NCBI GenBank assembly: GCA_963693365.1
Contig: CAVNZM010000006.1
Coordinates: 9,799,355-9,863,354 of the forward strand
Length of the DNA: 64,000 bases
Direction of reading: 5' to 3'
Source of the DNA: Amoebidium appalachense
Lineage: Eukaryota; Protista; Ichthyosporea
Part shown: positions 18,834 to 31,640 of the stretch, one piece after another
Position numbering within the stretch: position 1 is the stretch's first letter
Layout: each line of letters begins with the position of its first letter
The notes under the pieces: model-generated
The model's input: only the letters and a program-made list of their open reading frames with translations
Database searches by the model: none
What the model was told of the DNA's origin: nothing
Position numbers and translations under genes: made by a program

Positions 18834-18966
18834 CTACACTTCCGAGACGTTTATTGGCGACCCGAGAGGAGCTTGGGATGCAGTGGGGAAGGAGGGGGGG
18901 GGGGGGGGGGGGGGGGGAGGGGAGGGGGAGGGGGGGGGAGAATGTTGATAACATGTTTGGGTTTAG

Positions 18967-19004
<38 letters not shown>

Positions 19005-21463
19005 GGGGGGGGGGGGGGGGGGGAGGGGGGGGGGAGGGGGGTAACATGAAGTGCAGGAATGGGGGGGGGGGGGGGGGGGGGGGGGGAGGTCGAGAAAAGT
19101 CGCAATAGCAGGTAATAAAACCCCACGGTAATTAATCCCTTCCCCCTACGCCTTTTCCAGCAGCAAGCACATAGCAACCACAAACACAAATACACACACA
19201 CGTGTCCATGCTCTCCCCCATACCCGATACCAGCACATACACGTACAGACAGCTCTCATCATGCCGTGCATCCCCCCATCCCCTCCTCCTCCCCCCCCTT
19301 CCCCCCTCTTACCCCCCGTCTCTTTCCCCTGCTTCCTCCCCCCCCCCTCTCCGCCCCCCTAATACATACGTTGCGACTCCATTCTTATCCGTTCCCTGCC
19401 CAAGCTCTATGTTGGCTAAATTTACCCTTTCAACTGCATTTAGCCGTCTTTTTCCTCCTCCGCATATAGGCATGTGTGAATGAGTTTGTGTGCATGCAGA
19501 CGCACGTGTGTGCGTGCATTCTTGAGTGTGTCTCCCCCATTTTTTGTTCGACAAAGGTGTGCAGAAGGGCGGGGAGGGAGGGAGGGGGGGGGGGGGGGTT
19601 TGCTCACATGTGTAAGTGGTAGTATGAAGGATGATAGTGGAGGTAGGTGCGGATGTTCTCTGGCGCAACCCCAAAAGTCTGCTGTAGCGCAGCCAATCCC
19701 TCATCACGCACATTAGCCAAAAGAGGAAGGTGCTCGGGTTTCAGATCCCGCAACGAGAAAACGTCTCTTCGCAGTACTATGGCTACACAGTAGAGTTGAT
19801 CCTTTTCCTCCCGGTTCCATTTCATGTCGGGAAGAAGAACAAACCCATTGATTGGATCGTTATCACGAAATATCACACGGTTTGCCTCCTTGGTGCCTTC
19901 TAGAATGTTGTAGACCCACGCAATCCTGTGTTGGGGTGGAGAGTTCCCATGAGCAGGGGAAGAAATGAGAGCATATTCAATAGGGCAGTGGAGTTGTTCA
20001 TCGATGTAGGTGTGTGTGTGTGTGCGTGGTAGGGAGGGGGGGGGAGGTGTCCCTCTCAACTAGCTTGTCATCTCCGTTTGGTCCTTCAGCCTTACAATTT
20101 ACTGCATCCATAACCCCCGCCCCCCCCCCCCCCCCCCCCCCCCCCCCCCACACACACAGCCCCTGCAGGGTTGCTGGATAATCCCCTTTCGTTCGAACCT
20201 GCTTCATAGCCTTCATATGAGACCCCCATTCAAACCTCCCCTTCCCACATCCTCTTGTACCCTTTAACCTTGCCAAACACATTCGCCCCCACCCACACCC
20301 ACTCGCACACTAGTATCCTCCCTCCCTTCCCCCCTCCCTCCCTCCCTCCTCCTTCGCCCCTCCCAGCCTGTCCTCAAAACAGCACTACAAACAACCCTTT
20401 CCCGACCAAATGCTTTCTCCGGTTGATAAAAAATAGGAGGCAAAAAAAGAAGACCAGAAGTTTTGTACTGGTACCTGCCTTTCACATGCACAAAAAGGCC
20501 ACGTTGCAAATCTCACCTTTATTGCATGCAAATTGCACAACCCATACCCCCTCCCCTCCCCCCCCTTCGAACCTCGGGCTAAACGAGGGGGGAACAAACA
20601 GCTTTACCCACCTCTCCTTCGGCAAGCTCTGTATGTACGGCTCGACGTATGCCCTGTAAAACTCAGGTGTTTCTTTAAACAGTGTGTGCTCCTGGGCCAC
20701 ATACTTCGCCACATGTTTCTCCGTTGCCGGCCACACCAGCCTCATGTCCACTGCATTGAGCTCAGGGGGTGGGCATGCACAGTACGTGCTGTAGATGTCG
20801 TTGTGCAACTCGAGGGTGAGGGCTGTCTCCCCACTCAGGAGTCTAGCCACGCTGTCTTTGGAAAAAGGCCTTTTTTCGAGTGTTACAACCGCTGGCTGGC
20901 CTTGCAGCCTGCACAGAAACGGATTGAGTGGTTCCATCTGATGTTGCCTTGCTCCTCCCCCCCCCCTCCCCCCCCCCTCCCCCCCCCTCTCCTATCTCCT
21001 CCCCCCGACCCCGACCCCTCTCCCAGCCCTTACCCCTCCCCCCCCCCCCCCCTCCCCCCCCCCCCCCGTCCCCCCCCCCCCTCCCCTCGGAAAAAAGAGG
21101 AAAAGAAAATAAAATGAAGGAAATGAAAAAGAAGAGGAAGGAAGGAAGCACCCATGCGCGAACACGTATGCCCCATATTGCCTCCTATGCAGGGGATTTT
21201 GCAGCTACACGAGCTTACTCCTATTTCCCAGCTCCCCCCATACCCCCACTTCTCACTTGTCAATATCTAAACCATGTGTGCTTGGACCTTATTCAACCAA
21301 GACCCATGCTTTTCCTCTCTACCCTGATTAGTTGAACTCCTCAACTAACGCCCACGCACCTTCCCAAGACAAACATGCTCTTTGTGTTTGGTAGATCTTG
21401 CAGGATCCGCTCCACCTCGAATCCCTCCAGGCTAGCCACAGCCCCTCCAATGCCGTCTGCCAT
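18305..21463 (-). CDS. DCPS: m7GpppX diphosphatase (scavenger decapping enzyme, HIT family)
   Basis: Exons 21463-21360, 20908-20612, 19925-19608, 18473-18305 (TAG). Motifs NDIYSTY, WPATEKHVAKY, IAWVYNILEG, GFVLLPDMKW, SLRDL..EHLPLL, YLHYHPSYYHLHIHF (HIT triad split by intron 3) and GKAHLLDDVMDNI. Confidence 0.95.
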
Positions 21464-21946
21464 GTTGTTCGTAGTCAAATTTAGCAAGAACAATGGGAGG
21501 GCGGCGTAATGTGAACAACCCACAGTGAAACACAGGTACTACAGTTCAAAAAAAAAAAAAAAAGGCATTCACGTCGACACGAACACGAAGTTCGAATCAG
21601 AATCTAGACAGGGTGCCTCCTTTCTAATTGGCTTGTTACGCATCACCTTGGCCAAGACCCCTATTTTTATTAGCCCATACGGCATCGTGGCTCACGACCT
21701 TGTTCTTCCCTTTTTTCTTCTGCCACTAACTTTCTGACCCAGCGCTCACAGGCGCTCACTCGGTGACTCAACTCGTAAGTGAGCACAAATTATACTTGGC
21801 AACAGCGGGGACGTTACACTTGCAGATATATAGCCCCATTACAGCTCCGTCCTGGGTTGCAGAATACATGTTTTTCCCTTTCATTGTGCATTAAAAAGCT
21901 ATGCTTGCGAATTCCGCACTAGTTCTACTTCTGACTACACGACAAT
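21464..21946. promoter_or_regulatory. Putative bidirectional promoter between DCPS and the BTB gene
   Basis: Two start codons are divergently oriented about 480 bp apart and the interval lacks dinucleotide microsatellites. Inferred from geometry only. Confidence 0.5.
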
Positions 21947-23027
21947 ATGGAGCCAGCCAGCACTGGTGGTGTAGTGCACCTTAACGTGGGTGGTGTGCCC
22001 TACCAGACCAGCAAGTCCACCCTACTTGCAAACGAGGAAAGCTTCTTTAGCTCTTTGCTTTCAGGCCGCTTTCCCTCCACGAAAGATGCTAATGGTGAGT
22101 GCTTCCAACAGTTATCCTGAGATTTTTATGTGTGTCTTATTGTTAGCAGAAGCGCCTGTGTTTTCTGAGCATAGCAGCTGTGCTTGTTGAGTTTCCGAGC
22201 CACGAATTCCTCTGTTTCCTAGGAAAAATGATGAGTAATAAGACTTCAGCAAGGTAACACTTAAAGTTGTTTTAGCTTCGGATCTGCCTTTAGGTATTTT
22301 TTTTTGGCACACATGCCATTACCAATTAGCTTGAACCCATTGTTCAGATTGCTATGTCATGTAGAGATAACAGGCAAAAATTATCTTTACACCTGAATAG
22401 TTTTTTTTATTTTCCTTCATCTATTGCCCCAACAGTGATGTGTTTCGCTTAGATGCAATCCTGGCGTTTGGCTCACCTTCAGCTAAACAGAATTCCTAAG
22501 CACGACTCCCTCAAAACGATAACTAGCTTAATATCCACCCAAGAATTTTCTACCAGGGATGTTACTTTCATGCCCTACTATCCCGTCATATCCGTATTAT
22601 ACATCACCATTAACACTCCTTTTTGTTTCAGGGGCGTATTTTATTGACCGTGACGGGGACACATTCAAGTACGTGCTCGAGTATCTGCGCTGTGGGTCTG
22701 CCACTGTGCCTGCCTGTGACCGGGAGCGAGTGTGCAGGGAGGCCGAGTTCTTCTGCCTGGCTGGTCTGGTGGCCCAACTGGCTGACAACGACCCAAACAC
22801 ACTGGCACCAAAGAGAGAAAGTAGGGGTTCTCTTTAAAACTCACTTGTACAACCACCCAGCTCCTTTTTTATTTTCGCAGGTGCCTGCAGATGTTTTGCA
22901 GATACCTTCACCTCTGTGTGCATGCAAGCGTGCACGAACGAATACACGTACACCCTCGTCCTTCCTCCTCACGCCCCCACCCCCTCAACCACCCTTATCA
23001 TTACCACCACACACATACATACACACA

Positions 23028-23078
<51 letters not shown>

Positions 23079-23662
23079 TAACCTTATTCTCTTACAATCT
23101 TGCCTGTCCATCCTCAGGTATCCAAGCTTGCAAGACAGTGTTTCCCCTCGCATCTTCACCACCCGAACAATTTGGCCCCCTTGGTTCTTCTTTTTTCTTT
23201 CTGGCTCTCAATTTCGTTTCCCTTTTCGTCAAACCCCTCCCTCCCCCCTCCCCCGCCTCTGCCTGCCCCCCCCACCCCCACCCCCCCGAACACCACCCCA
23301 CCCAACCCAAACGGGATTTGCAGGAACCACCACTATCTGTTCTGTCATATCTCCCAGAATCACCTTTTTCATTGTCCAGTCAGTGGTGAGAGTCAGCCTC
23401 TGGCACTTTACCTCTTGTTTCTCACCCACCACCGTGCAGAGCTTCAGTTCCATGGTGGCTACTTTCTTGATCCAGCACCAACAGCCACGAGAGATGACCA
23501 TTCTATGGATTTCACGGGAATATGTATTCCTCCCCCCCCCTCCCCCTCCCCCCCACATACACACACACACACGCACACACACACACTCACTCACTCACTC
23601 TCTTGTTCAATCAATCAACTCACCCACCATACCCCCTCCCCCTCCCCCCCCCCAACCCCCCC

Positions 23663-23738
<76 letters not shown>

Positions 23739-24339
23739 AATACACACACACACACATACACACACCTTCCCCCCCTATCCCGCCCTCTCCCCACTTCCTC
23801 CCCTTTCCCCGGCCACCCCTCCACACGAACCGGATTTTACCCGCAAACAGAAAAAGGAGCGGGAGGGTGTCTGCTTGGCTCGGAAAACCCATGGCAAGTA
23901 ACGAGTAACAAGTCAGTCGACTTGTAGGGTCGTGTTGGCCCCGTGCTCTTGGCTAGCCCAGCATATATCTCTGAACCATCCACACACATGGCAAACTGTT
24001 GCATGTTTGGGCCCCCGTTCTCGTTTCTTTTCTTTTTATGTTTTTCTAAAACCATATAATTTTGAAGCACATGGAAAGGTGTTTTATAAGGTTCTGTGCT
24101 GCTGGCACGTGTACAGTGTTAGGGTGTGAGTGCACACACACATACACCCCTACAAGGACGGGCTTTGCGCGCACAGTTTTACATGCCTTTATGTGCACCA
24201 CACGCATACAGCCACATGTGTGTATAGGCACACACATGCACACGTTGAGACATCGGGTCCGTGTTATTTACATACACATTCACTCAGACACAAAGAACCA
24301 CATACACATACACACGCACGCACGCACGCACGCACACAT

Positions 24340-24422
<83 letters not shown>

Positions 24423-24574
24423 GTTTCTACGTGACAGCAACAGATGTGTTGTAACCCGGGGCCCCAATGCCTACTGCACCCTTGAGGTCATCCACCACCA
24501 CCCCTCTGACTTTCCTGCCCTCTGGCTGGGCACTGAGGCTCATAGGGAGATGGTGGGCTCATTCTTTACGGTAG

Positions 24575-24616
<42 letters not shown>

Positions 24617-25804
24617 ACCTCTTCCCCTCCGCCCGCCCTGCTGCCCCTGCCCTGCTCCTGCTCTCCCCCCGTCTTTTCTGCTCTTGCACATGAGTACTAT
24701 ACAGCTGTACCGACAAGCATGTCCATGCGCTTGTGCTTTTGTTAACATAGTGCAAGGGCGTTATTTGATGGTGTTCTGTTGTGCGCCATGGCCTATGAGA
24801 TAGGGAGAGGAGATCTCAGAGGCAGACATGGTGAGTGCAGGTTAGGGGCGTGTGTTTTTCGACAGTGCTGCTCTTGGGCAACCAATCCCATGCACCCAAA
24901 TAATAGGATGGCAGGAGAGGGAGATAGCCCTTGTGTAAAGCTGACGGCATGGCTCGGTGTGCTGCCACACCCTTCGAGGAGGCTGCCCTCGAGGAAGCTA
25001 ATGCCGAAGAGGGTGTTGTTGATGCCAGCATCATTCCCGTTCCTCCAATGACCCAGTAGTTAGAGATAGTTTTAGCTGATGAGTATCCACCAATCAATGG
25101 GCAAGTTAGGGCTACATGGAGCCAATGGTGCAGTCTTCAGGCTTTCTTGTCTCATGCTGTGTGAATGCCCCAGGCCAACATCAGGCGAGGCACGTATGAG
25201 CTGGACAGCCAGGACGTGGGGTCTGTGCGGATCACCGTGGGATCATTCCGCATGCATGCTGGGGTAGGTGTGTGTGCATGCATGTAAGGTTGATGGGGAT
25301 GGGAACGATGGGCGGGTACGCTGGTGGGTGCAGGTCATGGATGGGTGTGTGTGTGGTGGTGGTAGTGGGGGGGGGGGGGGGGGGGGGGGGGGGGGTACTG
25401 GGTCGAGTGAAAGGGGGTTGCCCCCTCTCCCCCTCCCCCCTTCCCCCCCCCCCCCCCCCCCTCTCCCCCTCCGTTCCCCTACACTCTGTCTCTGTGGCTC
25501 ACTGTCTTTTCCTCTGCGTTTCTCTCGCCCTTTCTCTCTTTCTCTCTCAGTCCCTCTCCCCCACTCCATTCCCCTCACTTCTCTCCCCCTCCCCTCTATC
25601 TGCTCTCTCGTGTGTCTTTGTTTCTCCATCTCTCTGTGCGTGTGTGTGTGTGTGCATGAGAGAGGGGGAAGGGGGGGGAGGGGGACAGGCAGCTGCCTAT
25701 GCCTGTGTTCTATCTGTGTGCATTTTCTGGTGGTCATTTACTATAAAAGCCCTTTAATCCCCTACGCACACCTTTTTTGGTGGTGCATTTGCGTGTTGTG
25801 TTAT

Positions 25805-25852
<48 letters not shown>

Positions 25853-25866
25853 CCCGGCCCCTGGGA

Positions 25867-25899
<33 letters not shown>

Positions 25900-26274
25900 G
25901 GGGGTATATGTGTAGAACGAGGTCTTTTTTTCCTCTTGTTTGTGAATGTCAGGGTGTGAATACATATATGGCATTTGCGATATGTAGTAGGCAGGCCCGT
26001 GTTGCATAATCGGGGTGTGTTTGTGGACTGGTGCTTGCCTTCCCAGTAGCAATCTATTTCTCTCTATCCGCTACCTTTATTGCAGGAGGTGAAAGGGTGG
26101 GTGCAGGGATCCTCTCTCGCATTCCGGCAATGTCACTGCATCATCCTGCCGGTCCTCAAATTGACCATCTCTATCTCTCTCATCCCCCCCCCCCCCCCCC
26201 CCCCCCCCCTCCCCCTCCCCAGGCACTCATGTGCACATGCACAACACCAGCATCAGCCCCTCCAGCTCACCTCT

Positions 26275-26327
<53 letters not shown>

Positions 26328-26340
26328 GCACGCACGCACA

Positions 26341-26398
<58 letters not shown>

Positions 26399-26517
26399 GA
26401 ATGAACCAGGTTCTGGTCATTGGTATGGCCTTGGGGAACCGTCTTCTTCTTCTATCGCAAACCACTGCAGCCTACAACGCTGGGTTTTCTGAGTACAAGT
26501 TCCGAAGTTTCGAGTGA
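21947..26517 (+). CDS. BTB/POZ (KCTD/T1-type) domain protein with uncharacterised C-terminal region
   Basis: Exons 21947-22094 ([29 protein letters not shown]) and 22632-22820 ([30 protein letters not shown]) form a typical KCTD BTB domain. Downstream exons 23440-23523, 24422-24552, 25174-25263, 26398-26517 (TGA) are phase-compatible but less certain. Confidence 0.8.
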
Positions 26518-26967
26518 GCCAACATGTTTCGTATCAGTGCCTAATATAGATACGGTCTATGCCACGTAAGTAAAATACGAATGAGACTCTTAACTATAGA
26601 TGTATAACTCGTGACATTAAATTTTAAAAGTGTGAAGTATGACGTGTGTGTTTATAGACGCTGTTGAAGAATTTGCGCCCTGTACTATGTTCACACGGGC
26701 GCTATAATGGGGGAAGCCCAGATTCCTGATGACGTAGATCTTTAACAAGCATGCAGTTACTGTATGACCGCAGCTCAAATAGAAAACGTTAACAGTGCAT
26801 GTACCCCAGAAATAGGTAATAGTGTATGGATACGATTCATATTTGCAAGTCCAATAAATGTACTGATATGGTAATGAAATGCATGTATTATCGCAAAACC
26901 TCGTTCTTGAATTACCTTGTTGCCGCTGAATTCATATCTTATCTGGGTTTGGTAAGAAATCTGGAAG

Positions 26968-27000
<33 letters not shown>

Positions 27001-27066
27001 CCACCAACACCACCCACCCCACCCCATAAACCACCACCACCACTACCACGCACGTGTACGCGCGCG

Positions 27067-27116
<50 letters not shown>

Positions 27117-27351
27117 CGTGCATCCACGAGTCCCACCCACCCACACGTGTACATACCCCAGATGGATCCACACACCCCAACCCATTTCCACGTCAGGTGC
27201 TGGGTAATGTGCAGCCGACCAACTAGAGATCTAGAAGGTTGCATGATTGGATCCAGATCAATGGCAATTATTTTTGTACCATTTATATCCAGAATGAGCA
27301 ATGCTACAGGTTTTGTCCTAAGTCCAACACGGTCTCATCATCCATCGGGCA

Positions 27352-27415
<64 letters not shown>

Positions 27416-27857
27416 ACCCCCTAACCCACCCACCCACACACGCTAACATTCCCACCATACAAAACTCCACTCTACAACAATTCATTCGGGCCAAATCAGA
27501 GCTCCAGTTTCCATCACCAATGGAATACCGACACAATACGTCTTTCATAAGTGCTGCATGTACACGTGACCAGCGAAAAAGCAATTCGAGAAGTAAACAG
27601 AAAAACATGGTTCATAGAATTATGGCAATCTGCCTCATAGCTGCATATCATTTGAAGTACAGACAGTTCCTAGCGCTAAAGGTGGACCCAGAGGGGTGAA
27701 TACAGAGAAACATGATACCTGCTGTAACAGGCACACACACATACTTGCTGATATTGCTTCTACTTGTCTTCAGTTGCTAGTTTGTCGTTACGTGCACATT
27801 CGTAATCCCCGTTCAGACTGCCCCACCTAGTAGGTACCGAACCTCGCCACCCAGACA

Positions 27858-28112
27858 CTATCGTGCCCTGCGTGGGCCAGCCTCCTGCTGCTGCCCCTGC
27901 TGCTCGTACAGCTTCAGCCGGCACACGGGGCAGGTGCCGTGCTGAGGGAATAAAGGGTCAGCACACACCAAAACAAACCAAGCAAAAGTATTATCCCATA
28001 TGCATGATTCATTTCATAGGGAAATACACAAGGCTCTGATGGCCAAGATCACTGCCAACGAGCAAAGGGGGAATAAAGGGGTTGAAAGGCGGGGAAGGGG
28101 CAGGGGTGGTGT

Positions 28113-28168
<56 letters not shown>

Positions 28169-29539
28169 GGGGGGAGGGGGGGGGGGGTTGAATGCGGAAC
28201 ACGGTACGAAGTACGCATACACGATGAGAAGCATGGTGCAGGACACATGCAAAGGCAAACATTCAAGTATGCAACATCATCCACGCGCACAGTATGCGTC
28301 ATAAGTAGAGCCCATCCTCAGGGAGGGCCCAAGTCATCAATTGCGTCTGAGTTTCGACCCCTTAGCCCGCGTATATACGACGCTCCAACTCAGACAGCAG
28401 CATCAAATGAACTTGGGCGGGTCAACCCGTCTTGATCAAAGACGAGCAGGGTTGCTTATGCAAGCAAGGTGAGCAAAACGGTGAAGATGTGTGTGCAAAC
28501 TAATGCAGTGCAGCGAAAAATGTGTATGTGCTTACAGATGCACGACACAGAGCAACCATGCCCGGTTGCATGGAAAAAAAGCGGTCTCCACACAGTGGTC
28601 TGTCCTGAAAGGACACCTCTGAAAGAAGACTGGGGGGGGGGTTGAATGCGGAACACGGTACGAAGTACGCATACACGATGAGAAGCATGGTGCAGGACAC
28701 ATGCAAAGGCAAACATTCAAGTATGGAACATCATCCATGCTAACAGTACGCGTCATAAGCAGAGCCCATCCTCAGGGAGGGCCCATGTCATCAATTGGAT
28801 GGGTGGGGGGGGGGGGGGATGTATAATTTAAAATTGCAGAATGTCAAGCAGAACTCATTAATCAGAAGGCAACAACGACCACAAACATGCCAAAAAAAAA
28901 ACCATTGGGGGGGAGCACATACTGCCTTGAGCCAGGGCACAATGCAGTCGTTGTGGAACAGATGGTCGCATGGCAGCTTCTTGCCCACCTCCCCGGCCCC
29001 CCAGGCATCCATGCACACGGCACACTCCTTCTTGTCCCCCCCTGCACCCCTAGTCGTCAACTCATGTGCCCATGGTATCCCTCTAGTTGCTGCCGGAATA
29101 ATGGGATGCGATGTGCAAGCAGAATGCTCGGAGCCTAAAAACGGGACAGCATTCAAAACAAACTCAGACACCAGGTTTGCATGCACATTGCTTGTGACTG
29201 CACAGGTGTGCAGGTGTGCGTGCACGCACCAGCAGAATGCGTGCCTCCTGTCAGCGTGCTGCATCGAAACACAAAGCATGTACGTTGGGTGCTCCTGTGG
29301 GCCTGCGTAAGGGATGCCAGTGTTTCCGGCAGGTCGCCTGTGTGAACAAAATGATACATGGCACACACCCACACAGTTCACCGAAAACCCTCGGAAGGGG
29401 TGCCAGAATCATGATGCTCCTGGAAGTGGGGTGCTAGTGGCGGGCTCAATGTAATAAATTCATCGTGCGATGCAAACACAAGACTGGCCGTGTGTGTGCG
29501 CGCACACACACAGACACACAGACACACAGACACACAGAC

Positions 29540-29581
<42 letters not shown>

Positions 29582-30212
29582 CCCACACATACCTACACCC
29601 ACATACACACACCACACGCACACACACACACACACACACGCACGCGCGTGCACACACACACACATACCTACACCCACATACACATTCACATACACACGCC
29701 ACACGCACACACACACACACACGGACGTGGTGCACAGCACACACTGCAAGGCCACGCACCCAGATACTCCTCTGTGACCACCATGTCCGGCAGGTTCTCA
29801 ATGACGTGGCTGGGCGCAGGGGGGGCACCGCCCTGCATCTGGTCCATAAGCTGCAGCCGTAAGGGTCAGTACAGGTGCAGGCACCGGGAGGAGGGGGGGG
29901 GAGGGGGGGGGGGAGAATGTGTTACAGAGTAACAAGCATACATTCACTGGGGATAACAAAATGCAGATTGTGCAAAGCACACACAAATGATGTCGGATAA
30001 CAAAATGCAGATTGTGCAAAGCACACACAAATGATGTCTGCATTATAAGATAGGGTTGGGGGAGGGGGGGGCGGGGGGTAAGAGTGCAGAGAGAAGATAT
30101 TGAAACTAAGCATAAATGCGAAAACAAGTAGGCATTGCAGGACGCGGGGGGAGGGGGGGGGGAAGATATCATAGAAGGACTGGCAGTTAGGCCAGGGGCT
30201 GGGGTTTTTTCC

Positions 30213-30270
<58 letters not shown>

Positions 30271-30323
30271 TTTTTCTTTTTCTTTTTCCTTTTTTCTTTT
30301 TTTTTTTTTTTTTTTTTTTTTGG

Positions 30324-30369
<46 letters not shown>

Positions 30370-30404
30370 AAAGTGTGTCAAAAGAGACGGACAATGCCGA
30401 ATAT

Positions 30405-30442
<38 letters not shown>

Positions 30443-30480
30443 CGTCATAAGCAGAGCCCATCCTTAGCGAAAGTCCCCCG

Positions 30481-30516
<36 letters not shown>

Positions 30517-31593
30517 TTGGGAGAGTGGTTGGAGTTGCAGGAGGATCACGGGAGCCAGCAAAATGGAAAGGCAAGGATGCGAGGGGGGGGGAGGGGGGGA
30601 AGTAAAAAGACGGGCTGAAGATACGGAAGGAGCAGGTGGGCAACAAAGGGGAGGATGTGTGCGGCTAGTTTATCGAGGAAACAAAGAGGCCCCTAGTGTT
30701 TGAACAAAAACAAAACTGTTTTGGAGCAACTAAAGCATGGAACATGCACCCACCCTTGTGATGATGTGGTCCAGCCCCTCTGGGCCCCACGCATAGTCAC
30801 GGATGTCTCCTGGCAGCCCACCGGGTACCCCTATTGATGCATCTTAGAACTCGCATAGAACAACAACCCAACCCCATCTAGCATACCCACAACCAGTTCT
30901 GCAACACAACAGCAAACAGCTGCCCCACAGATCCCTCACACACTGAACACAACCAGACACGCTCAGTCCCCCATCATTCCTGCAGAAGACCAATTTCGAA
31001 AGAACATTATACTAAACCACTAACAGGAACATGCACATGGAATACTCGTGTATATGTCATTGTCCCATTCCCGCAAGCACGAACATATGTAGAAGGAAAA
31101 AGGGTGCCCCTAAATGCAGTATGTGTTGGGAAGACGTATCAGCCAATGGCTTCATAGAGAGGGCTCTGAGATGACCTGTTTCCGACTATCTGATTGGTTT
31201 GCGTCAAACAGTGCCACAACTGCTCTGATGTCGACCAATAGTATCGCACTACACCTGTACCTCTCTGAGTCTACCTTCGGCCGATGCGTCACCATACCAA
31301 CCCATATAGCCTAATATATATTTGGCCGAAACCCCCCTCCCTCCCCCCCCCCCCCCCCCCCCTCTCCGGGCCCCTTCTCCCCAAACATATGAGCTTGTAA
31401 CCACCATAACCAAACCACTGCCTCATTATGTATACGGGAATACACCATTTACACATGCACACCATCCACTTACCAAACATGGGCACACCCATGGCGCCCA
31501 TGCCACCCAGGCCAGTCAGCATCTCGATCAGCCCAGTCAGGCTGCAGGGTTGTACAGTATCAGTGATAGGCACACAGGGCATAAGTATAAAAT

Positions 31594-31640
<47 letters not shown>

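Noticed and set aside
28082-28435. Recurrent ORF (ECGTRYEVRIHDEKHGAGH...) in the repeat copies
   Set aside because: It starts within the G/GT runs with no consistent start codon, is antisense to the host, and its recurrence is explained by DNA identity of the repeat.
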